Position numbers and translations under genes: made by a program. DNA of 62,537 bases, counting the filler, from Choristocarpus tenellus KU-1152 (Eukaryota; Protista; Phaeophyceae), in the NCBI GenBank assembly GCA_964200185.2. It is 13 parts of 13 records of this genome, joined end to end, with 100 filler letters (N's around TTAATTAATTAA, not from the genome) between each part and the next. Parts side by side here need not be neighbours in the genome. Positions count along the whole stretch, not along the records: positions 53,563 to 62,537 come from CAXNAD020004143.1; 12 more parts are not named here. One strand, given 5' to 3'. The number at the start of each line of letters is the position of its first letter. Position 1 is the first letter of the stretch. The notes beneath the pieces are model-generated. The model was given only the letters and a program-made list of their open reading frames with translations. It searched no databases and was not told where the DNA came from. Of this stretch, positions 62,509 to 62,537 are shown piece by piece.

Positions 62509-62537
62509 GGCTCAAAGTATCTGGGAGGGGGTAGCGG
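62509..62537. mobile_element. MITE family A end, inserted in gypsy RNase H
   Basis: GGCTCAAAGTATCTGGGAGGGGG abuts the RNase H coding sequence. Confidence 0.75.

Overview
Eukaryotic, intron-rich and transposon-rich nuclear DNA. An ochrophyte, probably a brown alga or close relative, is inferred from the TTAGGG repeats, intron structure and TE types; this is not proven. The window is 13 short contigs joined by 12 identical 100-bp artificial spacers (44 N + TTAATTAATTAA + 44 N). Genes are cut off at these spacers, so adjacency across them is probably not biological. Five host genes could be spliced by hand: a two-pore-channel-like ion channel (-, 4 exons), a multipass membrane protein (-, 2 exons), an RGG-tailed ABC-class ATPase (-, 4 exons) head-to-head with VPS26C/DSCR3 (+, 5 exons), and a divergent A/B-type cyclin (+, 6 exons). 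The rest is mostly mobile DNA: a Sola2-like DDD transposase relic with a matching ~260-bp MITE family (GAG...CTC ends, 4-bp TSDs) and a poly-G sister family; a Ty3/gypsy pol whose integrase ends in chromo-like plus Tudor-like domains; copia gag-protease; a solo LTR; CRE-like RLE non-LTR fragments; Stowaway-like and long-TIR elements; and pogo HTH relics. About 18 short interstitial telomeric tracts are scattered through introns and intergenic DNA. All protein family calls come from motif recognition, not database searches.
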